From: Candidatus Rokuibacteriota bacterium
GTDB lineage: Bacteria; Methylomirabilota; Methylomirabilia; Rokubacteriales; CSP1-6
Direction: 5' to 3'
Assembly (NCBI GenBank): GCA_016184305.1
Contig: JACPCX010000094.1
Location: 1-14,629, forward strand
Length of the DNA: 14,629 bases
Of this stretch, positions 10,830 to 14,629 are shown one piece after another; position 1 is the first letter of the stretch; each line of letters opens with the position of its first letter. The notes below the pieces were generated by a model. That model was given only the letters and a program-made list of their open reading frames with translations. It did not search any database and was not told the DNA's origin. The translations under genes were made by a program, and so were the position numbers.

Positions 10830-12818
10830 TCAACGCATCAGGCTGCGGACGGCGGCGGCGATGTCCTCGCGGCTCGGGATGGTGCTGAGCTCCAGCCTGT
10901 CGTTGTAGGGCATCGGGACATTCCGCGCACCGACGCGCACCACCGGCGCGTCGAGCCAGTCGAGTGCCTGCTCGGTGACGATCGCCGCCACCTCCGCCCC
11001 GAAGCCGCCGCGCTTCCACGCCTCGTGCGCGATGACGAGCCGGCCGGTCTTCTTCACCGAGTCCAGGATGGTCGCCTCGTCGAGGGGCTGAAGCGTGCGC
11101 GGGTCGATCACCTCCACGCTGATCCCTTCCTTCTCGAGGTCGGCGGCCGCGCCGAGGGCCCTGTGGACCATCATCTGGGTCGCCACCACCGTGACGTCCG
11201 TCCCCTGGCGCTTGACGTCGGCCCGGCCGAGAGGGATGGCGTACTCGCCCTCGGGCACCTCGCCCTTCATCGGGTAGAGCATCTTGTGCTCGAGGAAGAT
11301 CACGGGATTGTCCTCGCGGATAGCGGCGGCGAGGAGCCCCTTGGCATCGTAAGGCGTCGAGGGCGCCACGACCACGAGCCCCGGAACGTGGACGAACCAG
11401 GCTTCCAGGCTCTGCGAGTGCTGGGCCGCGAGCCGGAGCCCGCCGCCCTGCGGGCCGCGGATGACCAGCGGCACCGTCGGGCGGCCGCCCAGCATGTAGC
11501 GGAACTTCGCCGCCTGGTTCACGATCTGGTCCATGGTCATGGCGACGAAGTCGAAGATCTGGAGCTCGACGACGGGCCGCATCCCCGCCACCGCCGCGCC
11601 GACCCCCAGGCCCACAAAGGACGGCTCGGAGATGGGCGTGTCGCGCACGCGGTCCTCGCCGAAGACCTCGCGCAGCCCGCGCGTGACGCCGAAGATCCCG
11701 CCGATGAGCCCCACGTCCTCGCCCATGACGAAGACGCGCTCATCCCGCGCCATCTCCTGGCGGAGCGCCTCGTTCAGCGCCTCGACGAACGTGATCTCGC
11801 GCCCGCTCCGCGAGACCGGCTCGGTCACGCTGACGTGCGGCGCGTACACGGCCGCCTCCATCATCTCCACCGTGGGCTCCGGGCTCTCCGTCGCGTAGGC
11901 GATGGCCGCCTCGAGCTCCCCCTCGACCGCCCACCGGAGCTCCTTGAGCCGGACCTCGCTGACGCCGTGGTCCTCGACGAGCCGGCGCTCCACCCGCGCG
12001 ATGGGGTCACGCTGCAACCACTCGAGCTCCTCCTCCTTCGTGCGGTACGCCGGCAGGTTGGCGCGCATGCTGTGGTCGCCCCAGCGGTAGGTGACCGCCT
12101 CGACGACGCTCGGGCCCTCGCCGCGGCGGGCGCGCGCCACCGCCTCCCCCACCGCGGCGTGGACCGCCAGGAGGTCGTTGCCGTCCACCCGGACGCTCGG
12201 GATCCCGAAGCCGGTCGCCCGCGCCGCGATCCCCTCACCCGCCGTCGTGCGCGCCTGGGCCGTCGACAGCGCGTACCGGTTGTTCTCGCAGACCAGCACG
12301 TAGGGGAGCTTCCACACCGCCGCCAGGTTCATGGTCTCGTACACGACGCCCTGGTTGGCGGCCCCATCGCCGAAGAAGGCCGCGACCACCGTGTCCGTCC
12401 CCCGGAGCCGGGCCGCCAGCGCCGCGCCGCCGCCGATGGGCACGCCCGCCCCCACGATCCCGTTGCAGCCCAGGATGTTGAGATCCAGCGCGGCGATGTG
12501 CATGGAGCCGCCGAGGCCACGGCAGTAGCCGGTGTCGCGCCCCATGAGCTCGGCCATCATGCGGTCCAGGCTGGCGCCCTTGGCGATGCAGTGGCCGTGG
12601 CCCCGGTGATTGCCCACGATGGCGTCGTCGGGGCGGAGATGGGCGCAGACCGCCGTGGCCACCGCCTCCTCGCCGACATAGCTGTGGGCGGTGCCCTTGA
12701 CGAGCCCCTCGATGAAGAGCTCCGCCGTCCGCTCGTCGAAGCGGCGGATCCGGACCATCACCTGGTAGAGCCGTTCAAGCGTTGCCGGGTCGAGCGTGGT
12801 TGTGTGTGCCATGCTCAT
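10830..12818 (-). CDS. Fused E1 alpha/beta subunit, TPP-dependent 2-oxoacid/acetoin dehydrogenase family
   Basis: 662 aa (start 12818 or 12812); alpha half HSYVGEEA, HRGHGH, GGSMH, TPP motif GDGAANQG...ENN; beta half EALNEAL, MGEDVG, DTPISE, AAQHSQ, FLEHK, EVIDPRTL. Confidence 0.93.
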   Translation of the reverse strand: MSMAHTTTLDPATLERLYQVMVRIRRFDERTAELFIEGLVKGTAHSYVGEEAVATAVCAHLRPDDAIVGNHRGHGHCIAKGASLDRMMAELMGRDTGYCRGLGGSMHIAALDLNILGCNGIVGAGVPIGGGAALAARLRGTDTVVAAFFGDGAANQGVVYETMNLAAVWKLPYVLVCENNRYALSTAQARTTAGEGIAARATGFGIPSVRVDGNDLLAVHAAVGEAVARARRGEGPSVVEAVTYRWGDHSMRANLPAYRTKEEELEWLQRDPIARVERRLVEDHGVSEVRLKELRWAVEGELEAAIAYATESPEPTVEMMEAAVYAPHVSVTEPVSRSGREITFVEALNEALRQEMARDERVFVMGEDVGLIGGIFGVTRGLREVFGEDRVRDTPISEPSFVGLGVGAAVAGMRPVVELQIFDFVAMTMDQIVNQAAKFRYMLGGRPTVPLVIRGPQGGGLRLAAQHSQSLEAWFVHVPGLVVVAPSTPYDAKGLLAAAIREDNPVIFLEHKMLYPMKGEVPEGEYAIPLGRADVKRQGTDVTVVATQMMVHRALGAAADLEKEGISVEVIDPRTLQPLDEATILDSVKKTGRLVIAHEAWKRGGFGAEVAAIVTEQALDWLDAPVVRVGARNVPMPYNDRLELSTIPSREDIAAAVRSLMR

Positions 12819-12850
12819 GTGTAGACCACGAATCCCCGCCCGCAGTCAAG

Positions 12851-12870
12851 CGCCCCCCGCCGGGGGGACG
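12851..12870 (-). terminator. GC-rich hairpin after HEPN gene, possible terminator
   Basis: CCCCCC-GCC-GGGGGG stem-loop about 25 nt past the HEPN stop; only a weak U tract follows on the minus strand. Confidence 0.3.
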
Positions 12871-12895
12871 ACCAGAACCGAGCGGCTCCGGGGAT

Positions 12896-13255
12896 TCAGG
12901 CGGTGATGCGGTCGGCCGTGTCGAGGCGCCAGTAAATGTGGACCAGCACGTTCCTGAATCCCGCCAGATCGGCGAGCTCCTCCCCCAGGTCTCGTGGAAG
13001 GATCCCGGCGTCGGCCAGGATCTCGAAGGTCTCCCGATAGGTTTCGGGCCGCCTCAGGCGGTGCTCCGCGATGAGATGACTGGCAATGTCGATGGCCGAC
13101 TGGATGGCGACCAGCATGGCGTGGAGCACCATGTTTCGCGCATCCCGGTCTGACCGAAGATCGCGGAGCGAAACCTTCTCGCGGTATCGCTCCCAATCCC
13201 GAAGGGCCTCGTCCAGGGCCCGGAGGTGCTCGAGGAGCCCTTCTCGATCCACCAT
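12896..13255 (-). CDS. HEPN/DUF86 RNase toxin (HepT-like), 119 aa, apparently C-terminally short
   Basis: Start at ATG 13255 (or GTG 13258) overlapping MNT stop; AIQSAIDIASHLIA, PETYRETFEIL, and RX4HXY motif GFRNVLVHIY. Confidence 0.9.
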   Translation of the reverse strand: MVDREGLLEHLRALDEALRDWERYREKVSLRDLRSDRDARNMVLHAMLVAIQSAIDIASHLIAEHRLRRPETYRETFEILADAGILPRDLGEELADLAGFRNVLVHIYWRLDTADRITA

Positions 13256-13683
13256 CACGGGATTCCGGCCAGGAACCGCCGGTTGAACCACTCCAACGTC
13301 TCCTGGTAGTCAAGGTACGCGCTGAGCAGCGCGGCCTCGTAGCGGATTCGACGCGCTTCGTCCCGCACGAATACCGATTTCCCTCGCTTCACCACCGCGT
13401 GCTGGAAGGCGACGGGAGAAGCGTTCAGGATCCGCACATCCACTTCTCGCCGGGGAGACAGGGCCTTCTCCAGCTCTCTCCCGATCCTGGAGGCCAGCTT
13501 TCGCAGGACCGCAGGGGAGCCTGCCGCCTCCGAAAAGCGCAGGGCCACATCGATGTCCCTGAAGTCCTCCCGCTCAAGACATGACCCGAAGAGATACCCT
13601 CCCTCCACCTGGGGGAAGGCGGACAGGACCTGAGCGATTCGAGCGGAGATAATTTCCTGAGGAGCCACCTGACCTGCTCCCAT
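13255..13683 (-). CDS. Minimal nucleotidyltransferase antitoxin (MntA-like)
   Basis: YLFGS-x8-DIDVA motif, EVDVRILN, FQHAVVKRG; directly upstream of and overlapping HEPN. Start ATG 13683 or GTG 13686 rather than the track start at 13794. Confidence 0.9.
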   Translation of the reverse strand: MGAGQVAPQEIISARIAQVLSAFPQVEGGYLFGSCLEREDFRDIDVALRFSEAAGSPAVLRKLASRIGRELEKALSPRREVDVRILNASPVAFQHAVVKRGKSVFVRDEARRIRYEAALLSAYLDYQETLEWFNRRFLAGIP

Positions 13684-13691
13684 CACGGGAT

Positions 13692-13700
13692 ACATTACCA
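13692..13700 (-). promoter_or_regulatory. Extended -10 (TG-n-TAATGT), leaderless-type geometry for the MNT-HEPN operon
   Basis: Minus strand TGGTAATGT-ATCCC-GTG-ATG: 5 nt to GTG, 8 nt to ATG; no SD. Confidence 0.55.
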
Positions 13701-13908
13701 CAAGGGCCGTGGGGTCCCGGAGCTTCGGTTCCGGCGAGCCTGCGAAGGCCGGGCCCTCACAGGAGAGTGAGCACGGTATTCGATGCCCTTGCACTCACGT
13801 ATCTTACGGGAGAGCGCATCCCGCTCAACCTCATCAGGGCAGCTCCATACGACACGAGCCCCCTGGCAAGCACAGCGGGCTTGTCAGGGATTCCCCCGCA
13901 AAGGTCGT

Positions 13909-13937
13909 TTGACGGGGCGGGGCCTCCCCTCTACACT
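13909..13937 (+). promoter_or_regulatory. Sigma-70 promoter for the aldolase gene
   Basis: TTGACG (13909-13914), 17-nt spacer, TACACT (13932-13937), upstream of SD GGGAGGG at 13982-13988. Confidence 0.8.
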
Positions 13938-13993
13938 CTGCCGGGATGGATCGCCTCGTGTCGGACACCCCATCGAGGAACGGGAGGGATCAA

Positions 13994-14629
13994 TTGACCG
14001 CGAACGAGATGAAGCGGAAGCTCAAGGCAGGCCAGCCGGCCGTCGGGGTGTGGATCGCCCTCGGCGACCCGATCATCGTGGAGCACCTGGCCGCCCAGGG
14101 CTGGGACTGGCTCTGCGTGGACACCGAGCACAACCCCATCGATCTCGCCACGCTGACGGGCATGTTCCAGGCCATCGGCCGCTACCCCTGCGCCCCCATG
14201 GCGCGCATCCCGGAGGTGAGCGAGCTGGGGATCAAGCGCATCCTGGACGCGGGCGCCTGGGGCATCGTGGCTCCCAACATCAAGACGCGGGAGGAGGCCG
14301 AGATCGTCGCGGCCTACGCCCAGTACCCGCCCCGGGGCCGGCGCAGCATCGGCTCGGGACGCCATGCGCTGTCCTTCCACACCGATACCGCGACCTATCT
14401 CGAGCGGGCGAACGACGAGATCCTGCGCGTGGTCCAGATTGAGCACATCGACGCCCTGCCGAACCTCGACGCGATCTTCTCCGTGCCAGGCATCGACGCC
14501 TGCTTCATCGGCCCCAACGACCTCTGCGCCTCCATGGGGCTCACCCCGTCGCTGGAGCCGCCGCACCGCGAGTTCGACGAGGCCATCCGGACGATCCTGG
14601 CCGCGGCGCGTCGCCACGGCGTGGCGCCG
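13994..14629 (+). CDS. HpcH/HpaI family class II pyruvate aldolase; 3' end beyond window edge
   Basis: Hand translation from TTG at 13994, 5 nt after SD: MTANEMKRKLKAGQPAVGVW...GWDWLCVDTEH...ARIP...KRILDAGAWGIVAP...YPPRGRRSIG...VVQIE...FIGPNDLCASMG. Confidence 0.95.
   Translation, partial: MTANEMKRKLKAGQPAVGVWIALGDPIIVEHLAAQGWDWLCVDTEHNPIDLATLTGMFQAIGRYPCAPMARIPEVSELGIKRILDAGAWGIVAPNIKTREEAEIVAAYAQYPPRGRRSIGSGRHALSFHTDTATYLERANDEILRVVQIEHIDALPNLDAIFSVPGIDACFIGPNDLCASMGLTPSLEPPHREFDEAIRTILAAARRHGVAP

Noticed and set aside
12830..13963. 9-bp inverted repeats (12830-12838/12889-12897 and 13850-13858/13955-13963)
   Set aside because: Short and GC-rich with no other support; compatible with chance.
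13767..13997. 76-aa ORF MSTVFDALALTYLTG...
   Set aside because: AGGAG is only 1 nt from the GTG, the ORF runs over the aldolase promoter, and no family is recognisable.

Overview
Very GC-rich bacterial chromosomal window; taxonomy cannot be fixed from the sequence alone. Left block (1-4862, all minus strand) is a signalling locus: a REC-PAS-HisKA-HATPase-REC hybrid kinase broken by an internal deletion/frameshift at about 3761-3767, a consensus sigma-54 promoter driving an uncharacterised 123-aa His/Cys protein, a 212-aa protein with TraB/TIKI/ChaN-like motifs, and an NtrC-family sigma-54 activator that runs off the left edge. Two copies of a 44-bp quasi-palindromic element (1816-1859, 2834-2877) punctuate this block, and both also read as a conserved MDYGVGA..PYS micro-ORF start. 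Middle block (plus strand): apparently leaderless glgB, glgX and a glutamate dehydrogenase joined by 4-nt start/stop overlaps, then a 101-bp MITE-like repeat. Right block: a fused E1 alpha/beta TPP-dependent dehydrogenase (minus), an MNT-HEPN toxin-antitoxin pair with a short HEPN (minus), a candidate structured RNA, and a divergent HpcH/HpaI aldolase that runs off the right edge. The best candidate for an undescribed system is the sigma-54 circuit with its repeated element and two uncharacterised proteins. The NtrC and aldolase genes are missing from the supplied ORF track and were translated by hand. No database searches were run.
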